Of a stretch of DNA of 64,000 nt, positions 13,130-26,230 are shown piece after piece. The position numbers were made by a program, and so were the translations under genes. How positions within the stretch are numbered: position 1 is the stretch's first letter; each line of letters begins with the position of its first letter. The notes beneath the pieces are model-generated. The model was given only the letters and a program-made list of their open reading frames with translations, had not been told where the DNA came from and ran no database searches. Source of the stretch: Octopus sinensis (Eukaryota); the NCBI RefSeq assembly GCF_006345805.1, contig NW_021833588.1, forward strand, positions 1-64,000, written 5' to 3'.

Positions 13130-13735
13130 TCACCAGTTGTTACAACTGTGAAGGCGCACAGAATTCGAGAAAGCACTCTTCCCAGCTGGAATTATCCAGA
13201 CGACAATCCCAGGATCTCAGCCCCCGATGGACGAAAGGCTTGAGCATTCTGCTTTCGGGCGATGTGGAGGAAAATCGAGACCCTATCTAATCATACTCCA
13301 ACTGAACATCAATGGAATAAGAGGGAAAGTTCTTGAATTACGGACATCCCTCAAAAAACATAACATCAATGTAGCTGCCTTGCAAGAAACCAGATTAACA
13401 CCTTCCTCTATTACTCCCTCATTCCCGGGATATAACTGTATCCGCTTATGCCGGTTAAACCGACTTGGCGAGGGCCTTCTGTTCATAATCAATACGGTTT
13501 GCACTATACGGACTCTACGGATGACCTCAAAACAACAATTCAAGACGGCGTATCAGAAATGTCTGAAGCACATCACCCCGATTCAAATCTTTACTAAAAC
13601 TGTTCCCTTTCCGTTCCCCACATGCATTGGGTCCAGAGTTTAACATCGGGAAAAGCTGAGAAAAATCTTAAGGATTGTTAGAATCACCTAATTAATTACC
13701 CTAATTAACTCAAGAGTTAAATTAAAAAAATGTTA
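13130..13735 (+). pseudogene. LINE remnant: degenerate 2A-like peptide and APE endonuclease N-terminus, fused to a LINE 3' tail
   Basis: ILLSGDVEENRDP followed after a frameshift by LQLNINGIRGK...LQET. 13590-13735 matches 42600-42732 and ends in CTAATTAA repeats. Confidence 0.75.
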
Positions 13736-14639
13736 GTAATTCCTACCTTATCAGAGAGCAAGGATCCAATAATAACCAGATTATTGAAAAGGTGATTTTA
13801 AATCAATCAATCTTGGTTATAGCAATTGGAAACCTGATTGCTAAATTGGCAGCGAGAAGTGTATGTCCCCGCCTCAGCTCAGAATTTCCACCTTACTTAC
13901 TCCGGGTGGGTATTGCCAACGGTTGCGAGTTCGACATCGTCAATTCATTTCTTGTATATCAATCTTCCCTGGTAATACAACTACCCGAATTAGCAGTCAA
14001 ATTGTTTTTTGCGGTGCAAGTGATTTCATTGGTCATTGCTATTTCTAAGTTTGGTGGGGCGATTTTATGCTTGAAAAATTAAAAATTTATACTGTTTAAT
14101 CTAAAAAAATATTGTTGTCACCACGCCTCGGAAAATAAGTAAAAAGTAACTATATTAGCAATAAAGTTTAACTCTGGAAAGAACATCTTAGTTATTAAAT
14201 TTCTGTTTTCGTTATTTGTAGTGTTTTACTCTATCAACCTCAACCTCTTAGGGCCCACGTATAGTGCATGGATGTGCAGATTCATGTCAACGCGCAGTCT
14301 AGATTCAGGGACTACCAAAGTAATGACAAAGTAATGACAAGATTTAGGTCTATATTTAATTTGCCTAAAAAATCTTGCGGAAATTTATTTTTCAAAGCCT
14401 CTTTTAAAATTCGATATTTTAAAGCAGCATCTCCCAACTTTAATGTGGTTGCAAAACCCTTTTATTTTAATTTTTTTCTGATGAGAACTTTCAATTAAAT
14501 TATTGAAAATTTCATTTCATTATAACCAAAAAGGATTCTTTGACACCAGAGAATAGCAGTGAAAGAATACAACGATTACTAGTAGAATTTGGACCCATGT
14601 GTTTATTTTTAACAAAACTCAAGAAAATTTTCCGATCAT

Positions 14640-14950
14640 ACATTTAGCTCTACGTCAGTGCGTTTCCTTTTATCTCTTCCTTGTATCGAATTCTTAATCA
14701 CCGTCCAAACGGGGATGATTTTTTTCAAATTTCCTAGCACACTTCTCATAGGCAAGATACTCCTCTTCAAGGGGACCTCCGGTAGATCTTGCCATCGCTA
14801 AGAAGATGTGCTGTCTTTCTGTAAGATGGTCCATTAATTTTATGACGTTGAGTGTATTCTCAATTCCGAAATCTGCGTAATTTTGTCACGTTTCAGTAAT
14901 ATCAGTAAGCACTGGTTCTGTACGACTTTCAGTTTGTTTTGTGCAGATAT
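14640..14950 (-). pseudogene. Jockey-like LINE post-RT fragment
   Basis: NKLKVVQNQCLLILLKRDKITQISELRIH motif, decayed. Confidence 0.5.
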
Positions 14951-15267
14951 TGACAATCTACCAAAAAAAAATTTTAATGATTTCAGGTTCACCTACATTA
15001 AAAAAATGACATTTTCAAATTAATAAAATACATGAAAAAATATAATATAAATCAATATGAACAGTTGGAATTTATAATTAGTATTTTACCCGTACAAGGT
15101 ATTTTAATCAACTAATAAAACATTGTATTATCATTTTTAATTCTTATAATTTTTATAATTTATTTTATTAAAATAAAAAATTATAAATTTAAATAAAATA
15201 ATTAATTCACGTTTTTCTTACGTAGTGCTGAATCTTTTATTAAAATAATAACAAAATTACCTTTGAA

Positions 15268-16615
15268 ATGGACGGTAAATTTTTTTCTAGTTAACATAAT
15301 CTAAAGATACTGAAGAATACTATTCAGACGAATCATCAGAGACCTGTTCTTTCAAAGACTACCCAAACAAAAATTTCGATACAAAACCAACGAGCGGACC
15401 ATCCTGTTCAGAGGAAGACATTCAGTCAAATTATTCCGATTATGACAACGAGAGGTTTCTATATTCTCCGTAATACAATCACAGTGTCTGTTCTGGAATA
15501 AAACGAGTCAAAGAACTTGAATTTGTCACATCTACAGGCATTTTCTTATCATAACAAATACAGGAAAGAGAATTCCTCCCAAAATCATTACTGAAAATAC
15601 AAATCAACTGGAAAATCTTAAATCTAAATCAACACGTTTTCAAATCGGTATTTTTGATTGATATAACAGAATTGAACAACAAATTGTTGAAATGTCGAAT
15701 GAAAGTTCAGCCCATTCTGGCAAATGTAAATTCTCTGCCACAGAAACATTTATTTAGTCAAATTGAGGGGTGTGGGGACCTCGAGTTGACCCAACAAATT
15801 GAATCCAGTTTTTAGATTTTTTAATTTTTTTAGTTAGGGATAAACTAAACTGTTTTACCGATTCATTTGAAAGTATTTTGAATTCAGTTTGTTCGTCTTT
15901 TTTGGAAAAAGACGTTGAAATTGCCGGAAATGAGTTTCTTGAGGATTTTGATGTTAAATTGAAGGATTGTCGGTTAAAAAATAATTATTATTTTGTAGAA
16001 ATGGAATTCTGCAAGATTGGTTTGATAAGACAAGACTTTCAGTGGCTAAAATGCCGAAAAAAGACTTTTCCAATTTCGAAAAATCTCCAGTTGTCCAAAT
16101 TGAACAAATCATGTCAGATCCGACTCGTTTAATCAGGAAAACTCAAATGAATCGATCAAATTGTCGTGTAGTGGGACAGATTGACCAGTCAATGCCTTTG
16201 ACACGTGTCCAAGACTTGAGAAACGACGGGACTCTTTATCAATATGACACAGAGATGTTTGACGATTCGGATTTCTATCAGAGACAGCTTAGTGATTTTA
16301 TCAAAAAGAATACGGAAGGGTCTTTGGATTGTTCACAAGTTGATAAGTTTGTGTGTTGGTGATGAGATAGGAATTATTTGGATATGCGTAGTCGAGCTCA
16401 ATATAAAATGGATAGACCTGTGGATGTGAGAGCTACAAAGTCGAGAAAAATAAGGTTTGGAGGTTTTGTTGTTTTTAGATATACGGTTATTAAGAAACTT
16501 GCTGGATTTTTTGCGCCTGTCGATACTAGTACGTGGACGGATGAGTCAATGTTGGTTTTTTTAATTTTTTGTTAGGAATGAACTTTTTGGCTCGTTGTTT
16601 GGAAAGACACTTTAG
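15268..16615 (+). CDS. AATF: Apoptosis-antagonizing transcription factor / Bfr2 homolog, multi-exon with micro-introns
   Basis: Acidic N-terminus; C-terminal TRAUB-type motifs FDDSDFYQRQLSDFI, VDVRATKSRKIRF, KLAGFFAP and RNELFGSLFG. ORF pieces are separated by ~25-35 nt GT-AG introns; start codon inferred. Confidence 0.85.
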
Positions 16616-17109
16616 TTATTTTTTGTAATTTTTTTGTACATTTAATTATTGTAATTAACACGATTTGTGAATAGATTTTGATTATTACAATAATTTTGCT
16701 GAATAGTGTTTCCAGAGATATTTGTTTTAATCGAGGAAAATGTTATAATTTGATTTTAATACAGTTGATATAAAACCCCTTTAATGAAACGTTGCTAAAT
16801 GACAAAAAATATTTTATTTTTCGAAATTAGTAAGTTTTTAATATGGTTCAATGTAGTTAAAAGTCGTTCAAAATGAATGATATTTAATCTACTGACGTTT
16901 GTGGGTGAAGAGTTATCTTCTGACTAATATGAGTAAACAATTCATTACGATTCATATTGCGATGGTACAAATTCTCATTCCAAATGAAGATATATGGCAG
17001 GGGTGTCAAAGATACGGCCTGTGGACGATCTAATATGCCCCGCAAAAAAAGTTTAAAAGTTTATTTAAAATCTTGAATTATTATTTAAAACTAAATAAAA
17101 ATATAGATT

Positions 17110-17384
17110 CAAGAATTCTCGCCCCAGAACCTGCTGATGTAAGCATCCTCCTGAATCAATCGCCACAACTGCTGAATGCAGAGAAGTACCAATTCACAGT
17201 TGAGACTTTCGGTTCCTTGGAAGGAGAGGTAATCAGGTTCGTTCAGGAGATTTGGATATCTACATTCACAGGCGACGCCCGCGAATCGAAATGGTTTATT
17301 GAACGGATATCCCTTGCGATAGTACGCTTTAACTCTTTCTCGATCGAGTCAGTCTCTCTCCCAGTAAAGAACTATCCTTTTTGA
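17110..17384 (+). pseudogene. CRE-like retrotransposon 3' end
   Basis: FTVETFGSLEGE...WFIERISLAIVRFNS. Confidence 0.75.
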
Positions 17385-18100
17385 CAATGATTGATATTGA
17401 TTAAAAAATTTTTTTTCATTACAAATAAAAATTTATTACTTGAAAAATAATTAATTGTTTAAATATTTTATTTAAATGAATATATTTTTGGATTTAAATT
17501 GTTTATTTTGTTTCGTTTAGATGCATTTTTAAACAAAACGTAGAGTTGATTTAGAATGCGGGTCATTCCAAAGAAAGTTGCAACTTAATATTTCTTTGCC
17601 GAGTTAAAGCATTACCCTTACAAGAAATACTGTAGCGAATAGGATTCGCATAATAAACTCAAGACGAAAATCAGTTCATTCATTACCTTTTCTATTGCTA
17701 TTGACGAGTGTGCTGACATTATGGATGTGGTTCAGTTAGATATATTCATTTGTGGCGTGGACGAGGATTTGACGGTCAGAGAAATTCCTAGATTTGATAC
17801 CTTATAATGGACACGCCAAATGAAATATTCAAATATCTTGTCAGTGTGTTGGATAGCTTTGGAGTGGAATAGGCACATCCTGTTAGTGTGGCTACAAATT
17901 AGCTCCATCAATGTTTGGAAAAAAACTGGCGTTGTGGCTCAATTCAAAGACAAGTTACAGCTGCAAATGGAGAATGTGATTTTTGGATATTTCACTTTAT
18001 TTTGCACCAAAATGTACTCTGCACCAAAACGTTAAAAATTTACCATTTAATGGAGGTGGTCATTTTGACGACAAATTTTATCCTTGCAAGATGTCTAAAT

Positions 18101-19197
18101 CAGGGGTTCTCAACCTTTTTAGCTCAAGGGCCAAATCGATAATTAAGATTAGCTTTGCGGGCCGCACAAAAAATATTTTATATATTTTTATATTTTCCAT
18201 TTTGGACACTATAGTGAGTAATAATAAACCGGACATTTTTGTCTTCGACAAAGTTCGGAATATTATTACGCTTATCGAAATTGGGATTACTTCTCAGCAA
18301 TCCTTGAAGCAAGTAGAAGTAGAAAAATTACATAAATATGACCTTTTGGCGAACGAATTGAAGGTAATCCATAACGCAAAAGTGAATATCATACCTTTGG
18401 TTATTACGTGAGATGGAATAACATCCAGATTCTATAAACATTACCAGAACTCCTTGCAAGTCCAGGAATCTACGCGAGCTTATATCCAGTCAATCGTGAT
18501 AAAGAGAACATTGGAAAGCATGCGCCCGGAGTATAAACTCCTTCCTACAGCGACGAAGCATGCAATTAAATCGGACTCGAGAACAATCACAAAAGTGGCC
18601 TGCCCTGTAAAATGGATAAATGTACCCGTTGAAGACACTTGCTCGGGCTCGAAGAGGAGGAGAATTGACTGAAAGCAGACGCAATAATTAAAAATCAATT
18701 TTATCTGGACTTTTCAAATAAATAAAATTACGTAAATTTTTCCATTTTACTAAATATTTATTCGCATAAATATGTAGATTCATATATGCATTGTGTGTTA
18801 TATTTTTGAATTTGTCTTGAGGAATTAATTCGTAAAAATTAATAATTGACGCATTTTTGAACAATGCCGCCATTTCTATATCATGTTGTAAATTATTGAG
18901 TTCTAATTGAAACTTTGCAGGCGCATCCTTAATTTCCACGCTGAATGGAGTTACGAATATTTTCATTAAAGGAAGGAATTCTTTAAAATTCTAAAAATTA
19001 AATTTATATAAATTTACCCCAAAACGTGCTTCAAATTGATTAATGAAATCACCAATTATGGATATGTTTAACCTTAAGAATGAATAATTAAATTTAAAAA
19101 TTATTAAAAAATTAAAAAAGTTAGTTACTCTAGAGGGGCCGCAAAAAAAATTCTGGGGGCCACATGCGGCCCCGGGGGCCGCATTTGAGAACCGCTG
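18101..19197 (+). mobile_element. Non-autonomous hAT (Charlie-like) nested in the hAT above; carries a LINE REL fragment
   Basis: TIR CAGGGGTTCTCAA...TTGAGAACCGCTG; 8-bp TSD GTCTAAAT; sister copy at 31273-31989. Confidence 0.9.
18200..18690 (+). pseudogene. R4/R2-like retrotransposon REL endonuclease 3' fragment
   Basis: KPDIFVFDK...LIEIGIT...VEVEKLHKYDLLANEL (PD-E-K motif). Confidence 0.8.
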
Positions 19198-19688
19198 GTC
19201 TAAATCACCGTCAATATGAAAATATTCTCAGCTATATTGGTTTCGCCCAGGGATCATTCCGGGATAAGGTCGTAAGCCGAGGTGTGGTTTTAAACAGATT
19301 TTTTGATTTAAGACAAGAAATTAAACACTTCATGTTTGCAATGAACAAAACTTTATTAGAATTGGAATCTCTTGATTGGTTGCTAGACTAGCACTTACGG
19401 TAGATATTACAAAACACCTGAACACGCTTAACAAAAATTTGCAAGGCCGAAATAAATTTGTTACATAGTATTTCGAATGCATACAAGCTTTCACCATGAA
19501 AGCAATGTAATAGGAGACACAATTGACAGTGGGAAACACTGAACATTTTTCTTGTTTAAAAAGTGTAAATTCCACTTTGTATAATTGATAACAAATTACG
19601 AAATTGATTAAAATACAAATTGGATCAAACCAATATAGGTTTTTTATATGGAGTTTTAACCAATTGAACTAAAAATAAAGCTCTAGAA

Positions 19689-21100
19689 CAGGGGTCGGCA
19701 GAATTTCCGACTTCACGGGCCGGATTATAAAAAATTATTGGTCTGCGGGCCGGATAATTTTTTTACTTATTTAAGGCTAATATTAATTAATTGAAAGAAA
19801 AACAGTTTAAACGTGCGAAAATGATTAACATAATCTTAAGCTGCTGATGATCGAGAAGACGTTGCCCCTCAGGATCGCAATGGATATTCTTTGGAACAAC
19901 CATTGCTTCTCCCGAGGCTATTAATTAATTGAATAAAACTTTATTTAATCAAACAACGAGTAAATTTTAATTGAATTTGCTGTTTAATTTTTCATATACT
20001 GTCATTTATTTTCAAGAGTTCATCGATATTAGGTGCATAGGTTGTGGACGCTAAAATTAAAACATCATTAAGATGATTGTCCGTAATTCTTGTTCTATGA
20101 TTGTTTTTCATATTTTTCATTTTTGAAAATAACTGTTTGCAAACAAAAGTACTTCCAAATTATTATTAAAGCAATCTCGCGGAATCAAAAAGTTAATTAA
20201 GATTCTGCCATCCGACTCAGGATACGCTTTGTTAGTCGTATCCACGCTCCCCTGTTACGTGCGAGGCATCTCAGTTCGTCCAGATCATCGGCCGATTTCA
20301 GTTTCCTTCCAATCGACGTGAGATCATGGTCGAGCGTAGTCGGTAATGTTGTTCTTTGTCGGCCCCTATATGCCGTTTTATTTAATGAGCAGAAGTAGGA
20401 TTCCATGTTCTGATTGGCTGGCGTCATTTCCGAGGCTCTAAGTACATGTCCAAAGAGCATCCACTTCGTAAACATCACTTTCTTTGCAATCTCAGATGTA
20501 TGGGTGATTCTGTAGAGTTCATTATTGGTCATCTTTTTTGGCCAGTGAATTCCCAGGAGTAGTTGTTTTCTGTGGAAAGAGTTGAGCTGCTCCAGTTCTT
20601 TAGCGGTTAGGCCCCAGGTCCCCGCGTTGTAAAGCAAGATTGGTTCGACAAAGGAGTTGTACAGCCGAATTCGAAGGCGGGTTCCTATGTACTTGCGCCT
20701 CATCCAGATCGTCCACAAATGCAATAAATTGAGAATATAATTCATATATCAGCAGATTTTTTCCTTGTAAATTCGAATTCAGATCATTCAGATGAAAAGT
20801 AATGTCAACCAGAAATGCAAATTTTTCAAGATCATAAAAGTATGAAGCATCAAAATTTTTACTTTCAAAGAATAATCGTACCTTATTGTGCAATAAAAAC
20901 AATCGTTTCAACATCGATCACATGCTTAGCCATCTACGTTAGACGTTAGATCTCAGTATTTTGATAACTTCATCAATATTTGGTTTTAAATTGCTGCATA
21001 TATTTTTCCAAGTGAAATAATTTTCGTTATTTCGTATCCGGCTCTTGTTACATTTTCATTATTTTCAATTTTTTAATAAGGCCTTGTTGAATTCGTAAAG
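19689..21100 (-). mobile_element. Decayed SPIN/Charlie-type hAT interrupted by an RTE LINE
   Basis: TIR CAGGGGTCGGCA at 19689; FAFLVDITFHLNDLNSNLQGKN at 20750-20914; dimerization-like tail at ~20040-20180. Other end not found. Confidence 0.65.
20197..20720 (-). pseudogene. RTE-clade LINE 3' fragment
   Basis: RLRLYNSFVEPILLYNAGTWGLT...WMLFGHVLR...RGRQRTT...RNRGAW. Confidence 0.9.
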
Positions 21101-21401
21101 TGCGCTTCAGTGATTCAATTTTATCCTCACGTAGCCTTCAAAAATCCGGGGGTGCCCCAAAATCCGAGGGTGCCCCACCCCTGGGGTCTACCCCAATTCG
21201 GGGTCGGACTGTATTTGAATATATCGGAGAATGATTTGTTTATAGTGAAGTCGAATGTTATACTCCTTCATAACAGAGAGATGTTCGTGGCATATTAAAC
21301 AATAAGCTTTCTGCTTTAATTCATCTTTCGCAAAAAATATTTCATTTCCCATAATTTGTTAAATACACGACATTGGCGATCAACTTTTCTTTTCATATTA
21401 G

Positions 21402-23250
21402 TAGGGCAACCAATTGCAATTTTTTGCAATTAAATATAATTTAATTAAAATTCGATAAATAATAAAGTAATGAATAGACATTAATTTTAATTATATTTTT
21501 ATTCGATTTAAATTTGCAATTTTTTGCAATTTTTTGTAGTCATTTTACAATTTTTTGCAATTTTTTTAAATTAAAAAAAAAATTTTTTTATTAAAAAATA
21601 ATATAATTATAAGTAAAAGATTATTAAAACGTGTTTTAGTTGTTTGTTGTAATGGGTAAAAGGACAGTGTCACAGAAAATTTCATTTTATGCAAAGAAAT
21701 TCCCCGAGTTTGTTATTGACAGTGAAGGGAATTTATTTTGCTCCAATTGCTCAACTGTTGTACGGTGTGACACAAAATTTTTTGTTGATGCGCACCGTTC
21801 TTCAAAAAAACATTTAAAAGCACACAGTATTTCTTTGAATTTAAATTTATAGAATGGACAAATTCATCTCAGAGTTCACAAACATTTCTTTCGGCGATAA
21901 CGGATACTCGAAAGGATTGGGGGATCAAAGTAACACAAGCGTTTTTGGAGGCAAACATACCAATTTATAAAATCAGACATCCTTCCCTCATACGGCTTTT
22001 TGAGCAGGAAACATATCCTTTGCCATCTGAATCATCTTGCAGGTTAAATGTTAAAGAAATATCAAAATATAAAATTAATACCATTCAGACTCATTTACTG
22101 TTGTTTTTTTTAAGTTATTCAATAGTGGGGAATGTGTTTTTTTTGTTTGTGATGAAGCCCAAATCAATGGAACTCGTTTTTTAATTACTTTGATTGGGAA
22201 AATCTCCACTCCAAAAAATCTTCATTTAGTATCGTGTACCAATCTATATTATCCGCCTACTACTTCAACAATTTGTGTTGAGGTGGACAAAGTAATAAAG
22301 AAATTTTCTATTGAACGTGAAAATTTTATATTATTCGTTACAGATGGGGCGAGATATATGACCAGTGGTATATATAAATAAATTTAATTTTAGCTGGGGC
22401 ATCAATGAAATTGATATACCAAAATCTTTTCCACGTGACTTGCGTGTCACATTTATTGCACAACTGTGCTCTAAAGATTAAGGCATACTTCGCAGATGTT
22501 GATGAATTGATTTCGTCTATAAAGGCTGCCACAGTCAAAAACAAGAGACGTTTGGAGATGTTTTCACGAATCGGAAATCCACCCGAAGTTGTGGTTACAA
22601 GATGGGGAAGCTGGCTAAAAGCAGCAAAATATTACTCCCAGAATCTTCCAGAAATTATTAAAATCGTATCTGAATTTGAAGGAGATGGAGTTTTAATACA
22701 AAATGTTTTAGTTTTTAATTATTTTAGGCAAAAAAATCAGTGAATAATCCTACGTTGTTTCCAAGCTTAACCCAAATCAGTTCAAATTATTTGGGATTAA
22801 TTGAAATGATTTCAAATACTGAATTGCTTGATTACTCCATTGCAACAGCTTATGGTGATCTAAACACCCTAGACTTTACATCAGATCCATGCGACATAAA
22901 ATCCTATATATCAAAAAAGCTTGAGAAATCAGGAATACTAAGTATTCTTGAATTCTCAAATAAGAATCTATCGCCAGAAGTTTATTCACATCTCAGAAAA
23001 TGTAGCGCAAGTTCAGCATCTATCGAAAGGGCAATATCTCTTTTGACGAAAATTCTTAGTAAAGAGAGGAACTTTAAACCTGAAAATGTTCAGGAATATT
23101 TGATTTCCTATTACAATAAATAATTTCGTTAATTTTTTGCATAATGTAATGTTTACAATTAAAAAAAATTATTTTTGCAATTTTTTACAATTTTTAAAAT
23201 TCATTTTTGCAATTTTTTTTATTAAAAAGTGCAATTTTTTGGTTGCCCTA
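21402..23250 (+). mobile_element. Complete hAT transposon (CGGBP1-like BED finger, DUF659-type), potentially autonomous
   Basis: TIR TAGGGCAACC...GGTTGCCCTA; 8-bp TSD CATATTAG (21394-21401, 23251-23258); subterminal TTGCAATTTTTT repeats. Confidence 0.92.
21652..23123 (+). CDS. hAT transposase, 5 exons, 456 aa after splicing
   Basis: Introns 21827-21852, 22100-22125, 22368-22393 (26 nt each) and 22705-22727 (23 nt), all GT..AG, join the ORF pieces in frame with no stop. BED C-x2-C/H/H, candidate catalytic D (VCDE), D (VTDG), CxxH, RW and E (SIER) are present. Confidence 0.85.
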
Positions 23251-23537
23251 CATATTAGGAATAGCAACAAACAAAAATTTAATGTTAATGCTGATAAGTT
23301 TTTTTCGAATTAAATCTTGCGAAATAGTTTATTTTTTTAATTAAAGTTTTTATTTGAGTTAATTATTAAAATATTAATTGAATATCTCGAAAGGGGTGCA
23401 TCGTCCTGGGACGAAGATGTCGCCAGGGGGACAAGTTTTGATGGTTCTTTTCCGGTGAGTATTAGGTACCCCCTGAGCGTTTCCAAATGCGTCTGAATTG
23501 CAAGATTCAAGCGAGTTGGTGAACCACATAACGCCAC

Positions 23538-24035
23538 GTGTTTCGACTTACTTCCGTTCCCTTCTGCAGGAGTCAGACGGTCCTAGGGGTAACCCTCGAC
23601 ATGCACCTCTGTTTCTCCCCTCATGTGGACAACCTCCTTCGCAAATGCGAACATAAACTGAACATTCTGCGAACTCTATCTGGTATTTGGAAATACGGGT
23701 CGCACCCGGTACTGGCGAATATCTACCGCCAGTACTTCGAACCCTGTGTTGCGTACGCTTGCGGATCATGGGGTCCGCGGCTATCGTGGTCCAACAGGAG
23801 GCGAATCGAGGAGGCCCAACAAAGGGCCCTCAGATTAACCGATCGTTGGTCACATGATAGCCAACGCCCCGGTCCAGCCTCTCTGGAAGACCTCATCAAG
23901 GCCTGCCGCCCTGTGCGATCTTGTGTGGGCTCGTGGAAAGACCACCGAGCGAGGATGAGGTCCCTGGTTGAGTGTATCGGGATCACGTGACATTTGTTCG
24001 GTTTTTAGCGTGGTCTTGGTGTTTTAATAAATAAA
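23538..24035 (+). pseudogene. LINE post-RT 3' fragment with AATAA tail
   Basis: LGVTLDMHLCFSPHVD...YRQYFEPCVAYACGSW...IEEAQQRALR; related to 35090-35590. Confidence 0.8.
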
Positions 24036-24417
24036 TATTTCGAAATAGTGGGCGGGCTGTAGTTTGATGACGTCTGAAATATGCCAAAAGAAATGTAAGG
24101 ACGGTACTCATGTCTAACAATGGAATTTATTTTAATATCTTTAGTTAAAATAGTTTATTCAACTAAATACTAACATTTGTTCAGGATAAAATGTAACCAG
24201 TCGCTCATGTGTATTCATCCACCCATGTCACAAAATTCAATGTGATGAAAATTATTCGAATCTTTTCAAAGATAATTTGTCATTATCAACTATTCCGAGT
24301 TATTATGGAATTAACATGAAAAGATGTTTCAGTTACCCGTTGGTTTCAGATTTAAATATTCAAATCAAATTTTTTTAAGATATTAAATTGTTAAAAATAA
24401 TTGTAATTTACTAGAAG

Positions 24418-24640
24418 TTAACAAAGCCATCCATCCGAAGTGGACCCCGCCAACATTATTGATGTTGCGTTGCCTCTCACGATAGCAACGGAGATCAACT
24501 GGAGAAGCCACCGGGTCTCACGTGTGTCGTGGCTTTTTAATGTGGCTAAGCGTCCAAGCTTCTTTAGGAAGCGAAGCGATTTCCCACTTATTCCTCCAGT
24601 TGTCTCGACCACAATCGGGCGGAACATTAATTCCGTGGCC
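24418..24640 (-). pseudogene. CRE-like retrotransposon 3' end
   Basis: FRPIVVETTGG...WLLQLISVAIVRGNATSI. Confidence 0.8.
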
Positions 24641-25569
24641 TCTAAAAAACATTCATCGGAAAAATACTCTAGAAGTCAGTAAAGTAAGTGTTTTAGATCT
24701 TCTAAAAAGGTTGATTACAGGACATCATATAAATTTTTTAAATTAGTGATCGCTTGAATCCATCTAATTCATTCGATTCTTCTGCATCCACAAATCAGCT
24801 AAAGTTCTCTCCTTAGTAAATTAATTATCCATTTCCGATCTTTTATTGATTTCTCAATTTGTTTTATGTGGATCCCTATTCTTTGATTTCCGGATCTGTT
24901 TATTTTGACAACACTCAATCTTCCTTGGACTTAAAAATTAATAGTAGAAAAAATGTTAATTACATGTAATTAAAATCAGCAAGGAATAATTTTAATAATC
25001 CCAAATGAATAATAATAAATCTAACTTTCTAAATGTTTTTTTAGTGTTAGAAAGTTTTATCAGTTAGAAAATTTTTCATTTGTCAAGATTATTTGTTTTT
25101 AGTAAATAGTGAGAACAGCTGTTCTACAAATTAATTAAAATGGACTATAAAATAGAATAATTAAGTATTTTTTTAACAAGTGATCTTCAAATTATGAATT
25201 AAATTAAAAACGAAAATAATTCATTATAATCAAGGGCTTTGCGTTACTTTAATTAAAAATAGTTTCTCCCAAAAGAAACTATTTCATTTGTCTCAACCCT
25301 TAGGTAACGTGAAAAATGAAGTGAACATCTAAATCTCGTAAATGCAGTTCTCTAATAACCAGTAACAATTACACCTAAATCACAAAAATGAATCGAATCA
25401 ATCTATAATTGGTTTATAAAGTTACATAAAAAGTGTAGTGAATTCTATTTCACTGTAAAACGCTCAACTATTCAATAAATTATAAAAACTGCAAAATTTG
25501 TAAAACAACTAAAAGCTTTTTTATTTATAAAAAAAAACTAATTAGCTAAGTAATTTTTTTAACTAAGTC

Positions 25570-25805
25570 CAGAGCCTTCGAAGTGGGCAGAGGATAGCAC
25601 TCCACGCACCTCCTCCCCTTCTTTCTCCTCTTCTTTGACACTTTTGACCTCATCACACACACGGGATGACATGGACTTTGCACTGATGCATCAGTCCTAG
25701 CTCGTTTGCAAGGAAGTTATACTTCCTCCTTTTCTCCACTTCCACTGTCTGCAAATGGTCTAGGCACGTGATGCCCACTTCCACGATAACGATCTCCTCT
25801 GTGAG
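25570..25805 (-). pseudogene. R4-like REL endonuclease fragment
   Basis: IVIVEVGITCLDHLQTVEVEKRRKYNFLANEL. Confidence 0.65.
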
Positions 25806-26230
25806 TAAAGTAAAAATACTTAGGTATCAAATTTTAATTAACTCTACGAAGTCAAAATTAAAGATTCCAGGCGGATTTTATGGATGCTAAATATATAACG
25901 ATTTTGACGATAAATATAATTAAATATTGACAATTTTTGACACGTACGGAAAATTTGTAATCTGCAAGATGTTAAAAAATGAAATTGCTTTTGACAATAC
26001 TGAAAATTTGGTTTAAAAAGTTAGAAATAAATTCAAAAAAATTTTGTCAAATGGATATTGCCAAATTTTACAAAATAAAAACGGGTTCAAATTGGAAAAC
26101 TAATTTATAGATCATTTATTCAAAGAAAATAAAATCAAACATATTTATAGAAAAAAACCGTCCCATTCACGAGTTCTAATCAAAATAAAGAACAAAGTTA
26201 GATGCTAGCTAATATAAGTGTCTTAAAGGG

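Larger units (their letters stand above)
16998..19620 (+). mobile_element. Decayed SPIN/Charlie-type (GTF2IRD2-like) hAT, host to nested insertions
   Basis: Left TIR CAGGGGTGTCAAA at 16998; FSIAIDECADIMDVVQL at ~17690; RGVVLNRFFDLRQEI...VDITKHLNTLNKNLQG at ~19270-19460. Right TIR not found. Confidence 0.7.
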
